Shown in pieces: positions 39,559 to 49,759 of a DNA stretch of 64,000 nucleotides (its first letter is position 1; each line of letters opens with the position of its first letter). Position numbers and translations under genes: made by a program. This DNA is from an uncultured Eubacteriales bacterium (GTDB taxonomy: Bacteria > Bacillota > Sulfobacillia > Fermentithermobacillales > Fermentithermobacillaceae), in contig CAYORX010000003.1 of assembly GCA_964406505.1 (NCBI GenBank), positions 5,719 through 69,718 of the forward strand, given 5' to 3'. The notes below the pieces were generated by a model, which saw only the letters and a program-made list of their open reading frames with translations, was not told the origin of the DNA and did not search any database.

Positions 39559-40382
39559 CAGCTTTCACCTCTTTGTTGTAACTTTTTAACAAGTTGTCCA
39601 TAGACTTCTGTTAATTCTGGTGCCTGAGTCTCGCTCAATATTCCAATGGGGAATTTATCTTTTCTTTCTTCGGAACTCATTTTTTCCCATGCCCTTATCG
39701 TAACCGAATGTTCTTTATACCAATTCATCATATCCATAGGTGTTCTTAGATTATTACGTCTGCCAAAATAAGTAGGACATTGCGATAGTGCATCTACAAA
39801 TGCAAATCCTTTATGGGAAACCGCATTTTTGATGAGATTCGTGAGCTGTCTAGCATGATAAGTAGTACCACGGGCGGTGAACGTGCCACCTGCACCTATA
39901 ACCAAGTTGCAAAGATCAAAAGGGTTTTCAAGCATTCCATATGGTGAAGTAGTTGCGTAACTACCTTGAGGGGTCAGCGGTGAATATTGTCCGGAAGTCA
40001 TACCGTAAATATAATTATTGAAGCAAATTACAGTTAGATCTAGATTTCTTCTGGCTGCATGAATAAGATGATTGCCGCCAATAGCTGCAGCATCCCCGTC
40101 ACCCGTGATGACAATTACGTTTAACTCGGGTTTGGACATTTTTATTCCCGTCGCAAATGCAATTGCCCGGCCGTGGGTAGTGTGTAGTGTATCAAAATGT
40201 AAATAGCCCGGAGCCCTAGCGGAGCATCCGATGCCGGAAACGATTACCGTTTTGTCGGTATCGAGTTTCATTTCATCTATAGCTCTTACGATGGCTTGTA
40301 GCACAATACCGTGTCCACATCCCGGACACCAAATATGGGGCAATTTGCTCATCCTTAAGTATTTTTCTAACGAAAGCGCCAT
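39558..40382 (-). CDS. 2-oxoacid:ferredoxin oxidoreductase, beta (TPP-binding) subunit
   Basis: CPGCGHG and GDGD TPP-binding motifs. Confidence 0.85.
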   Translation of the reverse strand: MALSLEKYLRMSKLPHIWCPGCGHGIVLQAIVRAIDEMKLDTDKTVIVSGIGCSARAPGYLHFDTLHTTHGRAIAFATGIKMSKPELNVIVITGDGDAAAIGGNHLIHAARRNLDLTVICFNNYIYGMTSGQYSPLTPQGSYATTSPYGMLENPFDLCNLVIGAGGTFTARGTTYHARQLTNLIKNAVSHKGFAFVDALSQCPTYFGRRNNLRTPMDMMNWYKEHSVTIRAWEKMSSEERKDKFPIGILSETQAPELTEVYGQLVKKLQQRGES

Positions 40383-40383
40383 C

Positions 40384-41532
40384 TTAAATCGCCTCCTTTA
40401 TTGCGGATAGAATTTCGTCAGGATCGACCAGTTGGCCTGCAATCTTGTTAACTTGAATTACCGGTGCAGTATCTCCAATAATTCTTTTTACAGGTCGAAC
40501 CATTTGTCCCAAATTCATTTCTGGCACAATAATAGCTTTAGGCGAGGTTTTCTTAATCTCCAAAAGTATATCGTCTACAAAAGGCCATATAGTAATAGCT
40601 CTTAGTAATCCAGCCTTGATACCTTGGGCTCTAGCATCTTTAACAGCTTTTCGGGCAGATCTTGCGGTTCCTCCGTAAGCAAATATTACTACCTCAGCAT
40701 CGTCCATATAAAATCTTTCTACTTTTGTAAGCTCTTTTCTATTTGAACTTATTTTTTCATTTAGTCTTCTAAGTTGTCCATCGGCAATGGCTGGATTGGT
40801 TGTCGGGAAACCGTCATCGCCGTGAGTTAGTCCTGTGACATGAAACTTGTACCCTTCCCCGTATGCGGCAAGCGGCGGAACGCCTTTTATGTCTCCCTGT
40901 TCCATATCGAATGGCTTATAATCCTTAGGACAAGTGGTTGGTTTTTGTCTGTTTTCGATAATTAAATTTTCTTTTTCAGGCAGTACGACTTTTTCCCTTA
41001 AATGGCCTATCATTTCATCTAAAAGTAGAATTACAGGTGTGCGATATTTTTCTGCGATATTGAATGCTTCTATAGTTAACGTATAAGCTTCTTGCACTGA
41101 TGAAGGAGAAAGAGCAACTATTTCGTGATCGCCGTGAAAACCCCAGCGAGCTTGCATCACATCACCTTGGCCGGGTGATGTGGGCAACCCAGTCGAGGGT
41201 CCGCCGCGCTGCACGTTTACGACAACGCATGGAATTTCACCCATAGCCGCAAAACCAAGGTTTTCTTGTTTGAGCGAAAACCCAGGACCACTTGTAGCTG
41301 TCATCGCTTTAGCGCCTGTTAAAGAAGCACCGCAAACCGCTGCCATACTTGCAATTTCGTCTTCCATTTGTACAAATTTTGCTCCTATGGCGGGTAATTT
41401 GGCAGCACATAGTTCGGCGATCTCAGTTGATGGGGTAATCGGATACCCGGCGTAAAACGTTAATCCTGCTGAAATAGCTCCTTCCACAATAGCTTCATTT
41501 CCTTGTAGTAGTCGAGCTTTGTTATTAATCAT
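40384..41532 (-). CDS. 2-oxoacid:ferredoxin oxidoreductase, alpha subunit
   Basis: 382 aa with POR/KOR alpha domain homology. Confidence 0.85.
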   Translation of the reverse strand: MINNKARLLQGNEAIVEGAISAGLTFYAGYPITPSTEIAELCAAKLPAIGAKFVQMEDEIASMAAVCGASLTGAKAMTATSGPGFSLKQENLGFAAMGEIPCVVVNVQRGGPSTGLPTSPGQGDVMQARWGFHGDHEIVALSPSSVQEAYTLTIEAFNIAEKYRTPVILLLDEMIGHLREKVVLPEKENLIIENRQKPTTCPKDYKPFDMEQGDIKGVPPLAAYGEGYKFHVTGLTHGDDGFPTTNPAIADGQLRRLNEKISSNRKELTKVERFYMDDAEVVIFAYGGTARSARKAVKDARAQGIKAGLLRAITIWPFVDDILLEIKKTSPKAIIVPEMNLGQMVRPVKRIIGDTAPVIQVNKIAGQLVDPDEILSAIKEAI

Positions 41533-41740
41533 TCTCCTCCCTCCTTCTTACAATTATTGCGAAATCTGGACAATGCATTTCGCACATTAAACATCCGATA
41601 CAATTGGCAAGGTTTTTTACGTGAGGGAATTCTTTCATTTCAAGAACTTCGTGAGGGCAAAATTCTACACATAACCCACACTTTTTGCACCACTCGGGGT
41701 TAATTGTTATCTCCCATGGCAGAGTTTTGGCCATAGTCAA
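41525..41740 (-). CDS. 2-oxoacid:ferredoxin oxidoreductase, delta subunit (2x[4Fe-4S] ferredoxin)
   Basis: Two CxxCxxCxxxCP clusters in 71 aa. Confidence 0.85.
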   Translation of the reverse strand: MTMAKTLPWEITINPEWCKKCGLCVEFCPHEVLEMKEFPHVKNLANCIGCLMCEMHCPDFAIIVRRREEND

Positions 41741-42743
41741 TCGCCTCCTGCTTAGAATTGCTTTTTCTATGTTCCAACACAGAGGATCTCAGAAGATTGA
41801 GTGAACCGGCATCAGGTTTATAGATGAATTCTATTAGCGGAATACGCCTATTTACGATCGACGATACTGTCTTAAATCTTCCCGGGGATACGATTGCAGC
41901 ATGTTTGTTTTTTAGTTGCTCCTTTAGTATCAGCGGATCTTTCCCGGTATATACTGACACTTCTAATTCCTGTATACCTGCAATTTCAATAGATTTTAGT
42001 ACTCGTTCAGCAAAAGCATTTGAAATGCAAACCAACAGCACCCTAGATTTACGAGGCAATCTAGCTATTTTAACTATCGATTCGATCACCGGGTCAAGGG
42101 CAATTCCAAGAATCTCTTCTCGCCTATCAGGAAATCTGTTTTGCACCTCCTTGAGATGGAAAAATGTGGTCACTATCAAATCTGCAGTATCCACGAGGAA
42201 AGATGCCTTTTGGCTGGATTCAAGATCGGAGATAAGTATGGGTACCACGTGCACCCCTGTACCGAGCTCAATTTCTCGAGCAAAATAATCGAGTTGTTCT
42301 TTATTACACTCAAGAAAAGCGATTCGAATTTTTTGAAGTGCTTGATATCTTTCGGCAACACATTTTTTTGCCATAATAAGAAATTCATCAGGGTTTAGTC
42401 CCAAGGACAATGCACTTTTAAAAGCCGTATCTATAATTTTGATGAGTCTTTCGTGGTTCGATGAACCAAGGGAAATACAGGAATTAGATACAAAAGTTCC
42501 TCGTCCTTGTTTTGATGTGATAAGTCCCTGATTTTCCAGTTGGCGATATGCAAGGCTTACCGTATTACGACTTACGCCAAGCATAGCTGCCATATTTCTT
42601 TCAGTTGGAAGTTTTTGACCTTCCTTCCAGTAACTGCAGGCAATCAGATATGCTACACCTCGTTTTATTTGGAGGTGGATAGGGAGACCGTTTTTTCTGT
42701 CTATTTCAAATGGTAAGCCCACCATAAGTTTTTCCCCTACCAT
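41700..42743 (-). CDS. GntR-family HTH transcriptional regulator with an uncharacterised ~250-aa C-terminal domain
   Basis: N-terminal winged-helix (LPTERNMAAMLGVSRNTVSLAYRQLENQGLI). The C-terminal domain is unrecognised. Confidence 0.6.
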   Translation of the reverse strand: MVGEKLMVGLPFEIDRKNGLPIHLQIKRGVAYLIACSYWKEGQKLPTERNMAAMLGVSRNTVSLAYRQLENQGLITSKQGRGTFVSNSCISLGSSNHERLIKIIDTAFKSALSLGLNPDEFLIMAKKCVAERYQALQKIRIAFLECNKEQLDYFAREIELGTGVHVVPILISDLESSQKASFLVDTADLIVTTFFHLKEVQNRFPDRREEILGIALDPVIESIVKIARLPRKSRVLLVCISNAFAERVLKSIEIAGIQELEVSVYTGKDPLILKEQLKNKHAAIVSPGRFKTVSSIVNRRIPLIEFIYKPDAGSLNLLRSSVLEHRKSNSKQEAIDYGQNSAMGDNN

Positions 42744-42860
42744 GCACGTTAGTTTTTAGTGTCAACTTATCTCATTGGAGCTCTTTCTTACTCCTTTAAA
42801 AATTTTACATTAAAGTATATTCGCCAACTAAATCCTAAAGTCCTTCACGTTTATTGTCAA

Positions 42861-42897
42861 CTCAACAAAAAGCAATCCGGGCTTTTACTCCCGGATT
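42861..42897 (-). terminator. Rho-independent terminator downstream of yajC
   Basis: 8-bp stem AATCCGGG / CCCGGATT with an 8-nt loop. On the minus strand it is followed by GCTTTTTGTTG. Confidence 0.7.
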
Positions 42898-42948
42898 GGA
42901 TCTCTTGTAGGTTCCAAGTAAACGATAGTTATTTGAAAAATCAAGTCT

Positions 42949-43242
42949 TCAGTCTTTGATTAACCTCGCCACCCCTGTTTTAATTACCTCTACTTCAGAT
43001 TTTTCAGCTATTCTAACTTTGATCGAAAGATCTTCAACCTTGGTTATAACACCGATTAAACCGCCATTGGTGACAATTTTGTCTCCAGGCTTTAGTGCGC
43101 GAATCATTTCAGCTCGTTCCCTTTGTTCTTTTTGCTGAGGGCGAATCATTAAAAAATACATAAGCCCGAAAAGTACAGCTAACCATATGACATTAGTAAG
43201 GAGCGGATTTGGCCCGGCAGGTGCTGCTAACATGAAACCCAA
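42949..43242 (-). CDS. yajC: Preprotein translocase subunit YajC
   Basis: 97 aa with a single TM and LKPGDKIVTNGGLIGVI. Confidence 0.9.
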   Translation of the reverse strand: MGFMLAAPAGPNPLLTNVIWLAVLFGLMYFLMIRPQQKEQRERAEMIRALKPGDKIVTNGGLIGVITKVEDLSIKVRIAEKSEVEVIKTGVARLIKD

Positions 43243-43334
43243 ATTACTTCCCCCTTCCCTTTTCTTATATGTACAAGTTATGTGTTCTTGTTCGACGAAA
43301 ACTACAGATCACCTTGTTTATTACATTAATTATC

Positions 43335-44441
43335 CTAGTTTGCGTAAAAAGGTTGCATTTGTCTTCGGAACTCTTTAAGCGAATTATTAACCAAGGATTT
43401 TCGGATTCTATCCATGAATCGTTGAAAAAAATGTATGTTGTGAATAGATACTAAACTACATGCTAAAGTTTCCCTTGCGACAAATAAATGACGTATATAT
43501 GCCCTTGAAAAATTTTTACATGTCTTACAGTCACAACCCTCTTCTATGGGCAAAAACTCGTCTGCGTGTTGGGCATTTTTAAGGTTTACGGTGCCTGTAA
43601 AGGTAAAAGCAGTTCCATGGCGTGCGTTTCGGGTGGGCAAAACACAGTCGAACATATCGATTCCAGCCATGACCCCCTCGATCAGATCTAACGGGTGACC
43701 AACGCCCATCAAGTATCGTGGTTTCGCACTTGGTAAATATTCACAAGTGCTATAAAGAGTATCATAAAACTGTTGTTTGGTTTCGCCTACAGATAAACCT
43801 CCCAAAGCGTATCCGGGAAAATCCATAGACGCTAGTTCAAGCGCACAGTGCTTTCTAAGATCCGAATAAACTGAGCCTTGCACTATTCCAAACAAAGATT
43901 GATGCGGTGATATTTTTACTTTCTGCGCTCTTTTAGCCCAAAGCACAGTTCTGTTCACGGCCTGTTTTGCCATATCGTAAGATGAAGGCGAACTGATACA
44001 TTGATCTAGGCACATGATAATATCAGCCCCAAGCGCTGTTTGAACTTGTATAGATGTTTCAGGGCTAAACCTAATAAGATCCCCGTCTATATGAGATCTA
44101 AATACCGCCTCTTCATCTGATATTGAAACCATATGTCCTAAACTCATAATTTGAAAGCCACCGCTGTCGGTCAAAATAGAACCTGGCCAGTTCATAAAAT
44201 TGTGTAAGCCTCCCGCTTTTTTCACAATATTGGCGCCGGGTCTTAAATTTAAGTGATAGGCATTACAGAGGATTATCTGTGATCCGGTGTTCCATACATC
44301 TTCAGGTAATAAAGTCTTTACGGTAGCTTGCGTTCCAACTGGCATGAACACAGGAGTATCTATTTCGCCGTGAACAGTTCTAAGTTTACCTATTCTACTG
44401 TTCTCCAGTTGATGGAGTTTACGATATATTAATAGTGTCAT
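43335..44441 (-). CDS. tgt: Queuine tRNA-ribosyltransferase
   Basis: Catalytic motifs and a zinc site (CDCKTC...H). Confidence 0.95.
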   Translation of the reverse strand: MTLLIYRKLHQLENSRIGKLRTVHGEIDTPVFMPVGTQATVKTLLPEDVWNTGSQIILCNAYHLNLRPGANIVKKAGGLHNFMNWPGSILTDSGGFQIMSLGHMVSISDEEAVFRSHIDGDLIRFSPETSIQVQTALGADIIMCLDQCISSPSSYDMAKQAVNRTVLWAKRAQKVKISPHQSLFGIVQGSVYSDLRKHCALELASMDFPGYALGGLSVGETKQQFYDTLYSTCEYLPSAKPRYLMGVGHPLDLIEGVMAGIDMFDCVLPTRNARHGTAFTFTGTVNLKNAQHADEFLPIEEGCDCKTCKNFSRAYIRHLFVARETLACSLVSIHNIHFFQRFMDRIRKSLVNNSLKEFRRQMQPFYAN

Positions 44442-44463
44442 ATAGTTAGCTCTCCTCAGATGC

Positions 44464-45492
44464 TTACAATATCAGCATTGCATCTCCAAAAGAAAAAAAT
44501 CGATATCGAGCATTTATTGCCTCTTGGTAGGCATTCATAATGAACTGCCTTTGTGCAAACGCACTTACCAACATTAGTAAGGTTGATTTGGGTAAATGAA
44601 AATTTGTTATCATACAATCTACAACATTGAACCTATATCCGGGATAGATAAAAAGGTCTGTGGTGTTGCTGCCAGCCCGAACCGAGCCGTTTTTATATGA
44701 ACTTTCCAAAGTTCGTACTACCGTAGTACCTATTGCAAATATTCTACGACCTGATTTTTTAGCATCGTTTATTTCCATGGCTGCACTTTCCGTTATTTCA
44801 TAACTTTCGCTGTGCATTTTATGATCTAGGACGTTTTGTTCGGTAACGGGTCTAAATGTATCGAGCCCGACATTAAGTGTAATGGGTATCATGGTGACTT
44901 GATTTGCTTTAAGGGCGTTGATAAGTTCTTGCGTGAAATGTAAGCCCGCGGTAGGTGCTGCTGCTGAACCCGGCACTTTAGCAAAAATGGTCTGATATCT
45001 TTTGGGATCGCTCAATGGTCGTTTAATATATGGAGGCAAGGGTATTCGCCCGACCCGCTCTATCAATCTTTGCCAATCATCGTGGTATATCCATCTGATG
45101 AGTCGACCGCCATAAGCCGTCCGTTCTTTTATTTCACCTACCAACTCGATTGCCTCATTATCTCCGATGAGAATTTTATTACCGTAATTCAGTTTGCGCC
45201 CGGGACGCACTAAGCATTCCCATATATCGTTGCCTACCGGTTTTAATAAAAGTACTTCCGCCCGACCGCCGGTTTCTCGCCGGCCAAACAACCTTGCTGG
45301 AATTACTTTAGTATCGTTTACCACGAACACGTCTCCAGGTCGGACGTAATCAAGTATGTCAGTAAAATATTTATGGGTAACTTTCCCGTTCCGTCGGTTA
45401 AGCACAAGCATTCTTGAAGAATCTCGGTTTATTATAGGTGTTTGAGCTATTAATTCATCTGGAAGTGAATAGTCAAATTCAATTGTTTTCAT
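44464..45492 (-). CDS. queA: S-adenosylmethionine:tRNA ribosyltransferase-isomerase
   Basis: MKTIEFDYSLPDELIAQTPI N-terminus. The ORF-track N-terminal extension of 107 aa is rejected. Confidence 0.9.
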   Translation of the reverse strand: MKTIEFDYSLPDELIAQTPIINRDSSRMLVLNRRNGKVTHKYFTDILDYVRPGDVFVVNDTKVIPARLFGRRETGGRAEVLLLKPVGNDIWECLVRPGRKLNYGNKILIGDNEAIELVGEIKERTAYGGRLIRWIYHDDWQRLIERVGRIPLPPYIKRPLSDPKRYQTIFAKVPGSAAAPTAGLHFTQELINALKANQVTMIPITLNVGLDTFRPVTEQNVLDHKMHSESYEITESAAMEINDAKKSGRRIFAIGTTVVRTLESSYKNGSVRAGSNTTDLFIYPGYRFNVVDCMITNFHLPKSTLLMLVSAFAQRQFIMNAYQEAINARYRFFSFGDAMLIL

Positions 45493-45496
45493 GTCG

Positions 45497-46882
45497 TTAC
45501 CACCAAATTTCAATTGACGTTCCAGGATAATAATGTTTAAGAATATCTGTGAAATCGTAACCTTTAGCCGCCATAAATTTTGCGCCCCACTGCGATAGTC
45601 CAACTCCATGGCCTGCACCGTTGCCTTTAAAAACGAATTCAACAGGCCCATCTTGTTCAACTGAGACAACAGTGGCGCCGGTAATCGGGGCAAATAAACC
45701 TTGCGAATTATGTATTTTGCAGTGCTCCAGCGACGTAGAATGCATTTCCGAACCGTTACTGACAAACGTTTCATAAGCAGGATTAAGGTGCCCCAAAGTC
45801 TCACGACCATCACCTTTTCTAAAGATAGAAAACCATGTGCTCTTAAGTCCTAGGCTTAGTCGTAGATCGTTTGCTTTAACAACAGTGCTATTGGCATATG
45901 ATTTGATATTTACTGTAAACCATCTTCCGGAAGTTCCAGCTTCGTTGCCAAAAATCATATCTATGTTAGGCTCTTGCAATAGCGTCGCGAGCTTGGTGTC
46001 CAAAGTTTTCGCGCTAAATGTATTTTCCCAATTATAGTGAGGAGATTCATGTTCTAGTTCTTTAACGCTCGAAAGATATGGAATTGCACCTCCCCATACA
46101 AATTGGGGGGTTTCGGTCATCCCTCCTCCGTCGGCATGATAATATGCAGCAATAGGAGTACCGTTGTATGTTAAGACTTCCCCTGTCGTTTCAGTACAAG
46201 CCTTAATTACATTTTCATTTTCAGAATCAATTCCCCGATATACCTGGTTTGATTCATCCGCCCAAATTTTGATGTCGTTTGGGGTGATGGAAGCAATATC
46301 GACAGGGTCATTCAGTAGTGCGTTTTTATGCAGTGTGTATGTACGCGAAGCAATAGTTTGTGCATTCAAAGCTTCTTTTTCCCAATTTCCGGGCATCTCG
46401 CAGGATGCTACCGACCATAAATATTTTTCAATATCTAATATGTTAGCTATATCTGGGGAGTGTTCATTTGGGATAATTAATATACTTCCTCGAAATCGTG
46501 ACCCCGATAGGTTAGAAGTTGTCGTGTTTTTTGTCGAAATCGAAAAACTTGCGCTATCGTTTTGATCGAAAGGAGTTATCAAGATTGGATCTGATGTTTC
46601 ATTATGTAAAACCTTTGCGCCGTCAGAAATGGTAAATCGAACTTTATTTCCGCTGGCTTCGAGTGAGATATAGCTCTGATCGGGTAATAAATATTTATCT
46701 TGCTTCGAGATCATTTCATAATCTTCATAAACTCTTAACCGGACCGAATCTGATTTCATCAACCCTACGAGTATGTTTGGGGCTCCGCTGTAGGTGTTCT
46801 TTTGGGATTGAGCGTTTGCTACAGGTAGCCCTAACATAACTATTACTATCAAAAACAACATCATTTTTTTCGTAAAAGCCAT
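45497..46882 (-). CDS. SpoIID/LytB-domain protein with signal peptide
   Basis: Signal peptide followed by an amidase-enhancer domain (ALNAQTIASRTY...YHADGGGMTE). Confidence 0.75.
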   Translation of the reverse strand: MAFTKKMMLFLIVIVMLGLPVANAQSQKNTYSGAPNILVGLMKSDSVRLRVYEDYEMISKQDKYLLPDQSYISLEASGNKVRFTISDGAKVLHNETSDPILITPFDQNDSASFSISTKNTTTSNLSGSRFRGSILIIPNEHSPDIANILDIEKYLWSVASCEMPGNWEKEALNAQTIASRTYTLHKNALLNDPVDIASITPNDIKIWADESNQVYRGIDSENENVIKACTETTGEVLTYNGTPIAAYYHADGGGMTETPQFVWGGAIPYLSSVKELEHESPHYNWENTFSAKTLDTKLATLLQEPNIDMIFGNEAGTSGRWFTVNIKSYANSTVVKANDLRLSLGLKSTWFSIFRKGDGRETLGHLNPAYETFVSNGSEMHSTSLEHCKIHNSQGLFAPITGATVVSVEQDGPVEFVFKGNGAGHGVGLSQWGAKFMAAKGYDFTDILKHYYPGTSIEIWW

Positions 46883-47097
46883 AACAAAATCGTAAGGCCC
46901 AAGCTTAAAATAATAGAACTCATGATGGGAAAATAAAAAGTGAAATTTTTACGCTTAATGACTATATCACCTGGCAGGCGACCTAGACTTAAAAACTGCC
47001 CGCCAAAAGAAACCAAGGCTCCAACAACTAGCAATACTACTCCGGTTATCATCAACACACGACCAAATCCACTAAAACTTGGCACCCTACTTTTCAC
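46861..47097 (-). CDS. DUF2905-like small membrane protein
   Basis: 78 aa with two TM segments. Confidence 0.5.
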   Translation of the reverse strand: MKSRVPSFSGFGRVLMITGVVLLVVGALVSFGGQFLSLGRLPGDIVIKRKNFTFYFPIMSSIILSLGLTILLWLLRKK

Positions 47098-47611
47098 CTC
47101 CTATGCTGAACTGACAACCACAATAATTTTGCATATACATATGACAACCCCTAGCAATCTGTCTTGATCGTAAATATCCACGTCTAAAATCATTATACAC
47201 ATAAGGAACACGGTATTTACGTGAAACCTCTTCCATAATATCTACAATTCCCTGATGGTTTTGATAAGGGCTTACTAACAGCGTAGTAGAAAACCCATCG
47301 TATTTTTCATTCTGGGCGATCTGAGCTATTTTTTCAAATCTAACACGATAGCAGTTCTTACATCGTTCAGGTTTTGTATAATCATCTGAAATAGTTTGCA
47401 GCCAATCGTCATATGCGATGGAAATTCTTCGAACTTTATAGTTACTAGAATGTGCCCACGTTTTAAGCGTAAGCCAACGTTTTTGCTCTTCTTTAGCAGG
47501 ATAAATATTAGGATTGAAAAATACTCCCTCTACGATGACCCCTTGAGAACGATAGAAATGAAGAGGGAAAGTTGTGCACGGACCACAACATGAATGAAGA
47601 AGTAGCCTCAA
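47087..47611 (-). CDS. queH: Epoxyqueuosine reductase QueH (DUF208)
   Basis: [11 protein letters not shown]-terminal Cys motif and C-terminal CGCQFS. Confidence 0.85.
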   Translation of the reverse strand: MRLLLHSCCGPCTTFPLHFYRSQGVIVEGVFFNPNIYPAKEEQKRWLTLKTWAHSSNYKVRRISIAYDDWLQTISDDYTKPERCKNCYRVRFEKIAQIAQNEKYDGFSTTLLVSPYQNHQGIVDIMEEVSRKYRVPYVYNDFRRGYLRSRQIARGCHMYMQNYCGCQFSIGGEK

Positions 47612-48636
47612 CTGTTATCAAAAAGCCCCTTTCTCTTATTATTGCCACCTAATATATACTCGATAGCTTTTTGGGTAGCAACACGGCCTCTAGGTGTTCT
47701 TTCTAAAAACCCCATTTGCAGCAAATAAGGTTCGCACACATCCTGGATGGTACCTGCATCTTCACTAACGCTTGCAGCGAGCGTTGATAATCCCACAGGA
47801 CCGCCGTTATAGTTGTTAATTATTGCTGATAAGATCATTCGGTCCAACCCATCTAATCCTTCTGGATCGATGTCCATTGAAGCCAAAGATTCACATGCTA
47901 AATCACGTTTAATAGTGCCATCACCTTTTACTTGTGCGTAATCCCTGACCCGTCTTAACAGTCTATTCGCAATTCTTGGGGTTCCACGCGCTCTTTTAGC
48001 GATTTCTTCAGCCCCGGGATCATCGATTGAAACTCCTAAAATCTTCGCCGATCTGTGCACAACCTTGAAAAGTTCGCTTACTGAATAGAATTCTAAACGA
48101 AATGCAATTCCAAATCGGTCCCGTAGTGGTGAAGTTAACATTCCGCTTCTGGTAGTCGCAGCTACTAAAGTGAATCGAGGTAATTTAAGCCTGTATGCTC
48201 TTGCCGCAGGCCCTTTTCCGGCGACCCAATCAAAAGAGAAGTCTTCCATAGCTGGGTAAAGAGCTTCTTCGGCTTGATGGTTTAATCTATGAATTTCATC
48301 TATGAACAATACATCTTTGTCCTCAAGATTGGTCAAAATAGCTACTAAATCACCTGAACGTTCGATGGCCGGACCGGACGTAATTCGAATTCCTGCACCT
48401 AATTCATTAGCGATTATATGAGCTAAAGTAGTTTTACCTAATCCCGGTGGGCCTGAAAGTAAAATATGATCGACAGAATCTTGTCGCTGTTTGGCAGCCT
48501 CGATATATATTCTCAAATTCTTTTTGATCATTTTTTGACCAATGTAATCGGAAAGCGTTAAAGGTCTTAAAGATATTTCAGTTACTTCATCTTCAGGTAA
48601 TACTTTTCTGGAAACAAGATCTCTAGAATCTGGCAA
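47608..48636 (-). CDS. ruvB: Holliday junction helicase RuvB
   Basis: Walker [10 protein letters not shown] and RuvB-specific regions. Confidence 0.97.
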   Translation of the reverse strand: MPDSRDLVSRKVLPEDEVTEISLRPLTLSDYIGQKMIKKNLRIYIEAAKQRQDSVDHILLSGPPGLGKTTLAHIIANELGAGIRITSGPAIERSGDLVAILTNLEDKDVLFIDEIHRLNHQAEEALYPAMEDFSFDWVAGKGPAARAYRLKLPRFTLVAATTRSGMLTSPLRDRFGIAFRLEFYSVSELFKVVHRSAKILGVSIDDPGAEEIAKRARGTPRIANRLLRRVRDYAQVKGDGTIKRDLACESLASMDIDPEGLDGLDRMILSAIINNYNGGPVGLSTLAASVSEDAGTIQDVCEPYLLQMGFLERTPRGRVATQKAIEYILGGNNKRKGLFDNS

Positions 48637-49210
48637 GGTGTTTTAAAGCCTCCCGAAGCAATATTTCTAGATCCGAAGTAGAGATATTTTTATTTGCATA
48701 CGATAAAGCAGTTTGAGCCTCATGCCTTGAATAACCCAAAGCTAACAATGCTTCAACGGCTTCTTCTGTCATGTCAGGTTGTCCGGGAGCAACACCAAGT
48801 GTTTCTTTTGGCAATCCTATTTTGTCTCTTAGTTCAACGATAATTCGTGCAGCAGTTTTTTTCCCTATGCCGGGCAAACGAATAAGAGTTTTTTCATCTT
48901 TAGTTAATACGGCCCTGTAAAATTCTCTTACAGGCAAAGATGACAATATCCCGATAGCAATCCTAGGTCCTATTCCATGGACAGTCATAAGCATGTCAAA
49001 AAGCACTCTGTCCTCCGGATTAATAAAACCATACATACTCCAACCATCATCTCTTATGATAAGCCTGGTATGCAAACAAATTTCTTGGCCGGTTTCTACG
49101 GATTCTAACAATTCCGAAGACACGTGAACTTCAAAGCCAATACCAGCTACTAAAACAGTAATGGTATGTTTATTTTTAGAAACGAGTAATCCATTAAGTT
49201 GTGATATCAT
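48623..49210 (-). CDS. ruvA: Holliday junction DNA-binding protein RuvA
   Basis: [10 protein letters not shown]...[11 protein letters not shown]-terminus and HhH motifs. Confidence 0.9.
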   Translation of the reverse strand: MISQLNGLLVSKNKHTITVLVAGIGFEVHVSSELLESVETGQEICLHTRLIIRDDGWSMYGFINPEDRVLFDMLMTVHGIGPRIAIGILSSLPVREFYRAVLTKDEKTLIRLPGIGKKTAARIIVELRDKIGLPKETLGVAPGQPDMTEEAVEALLALGYSRHEAQTALSYANKNISTSDLEILLREALKHLARF

Positions 49211-49727
49211 TAAATTTACCTTTTTCCATCTTTTTACTGCTGGCAATTACAGCGCGGAAAGACCTCTTGATAGATGACGCTACGGCAATAGCTAAAGCAT
49301 CACTCACATCGTCGGGTCTTGGTATTCTTGACAATCCTAAAATGTTTTTTATTATTATACCAACTTGTTTTTTGGTTGCGTTACCATACCCTACTATAGA
49401 CGATTTTACCTGTAAAGGGGTTACTTCTTCCATAGGGATTTTATGCATTCCTGCCACTAGAACGCTAATCCCGCGGCTTTGGCCTACTGTAATTGCAGTC
49501 TTTACATTTTTTGCAAAAAATAATTGTTCGATACCTATTAGATCCGGCGAATGCTTGTCTACCAGAGAATTTAGATTTTCAAAAATAAAGAGCAATCTGG
49601 CTGGTAAATCTTCTTTTTTATTTGTGGTAATACATCCGTAATCTATTGCAGTAAAATCCTGACCTTTAGCTTCAATTACACCCCATCCTGTACGTGCTAA
49701 GCCAGGATCGATTCCAAGTACTCGCAT
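49194..49727 (-). CDS. ruvC: Holliday junction resolvase RuvC
   Basis: MRVLGIDPGLARTGWGVIE RNase-H-fold start. Confidence 0.9.
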   Translation of the reverse strand: MRVLGIDPGLARTGWGVIEAKGQDFTAIDYGCITTNKKEDLPARLLFIFENLNSLVDKHSPDLIGIEQLFFAKNVKTAITVGQSRGISVLVAGMHKIPMEEVTPLQVKSSIVGYGNATKKQVGIIIKNILGLSRIPRPDDVSDALAIAVASSIKRSFRAVIASSKKMEKGKFNDITT

Positions 49728-49759
49728 TGATATGACCCCCGCGCTAGGTGTTCGACGGG

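Noticed and set aside
45493-45813. 107-aa N-terminal extension of queA in the ORF track
   Set aside because: The QueA homology begins at MKTIEFDY (45492). The extension overlaps the C-terminus of the SpoIID-like gene in another frame.
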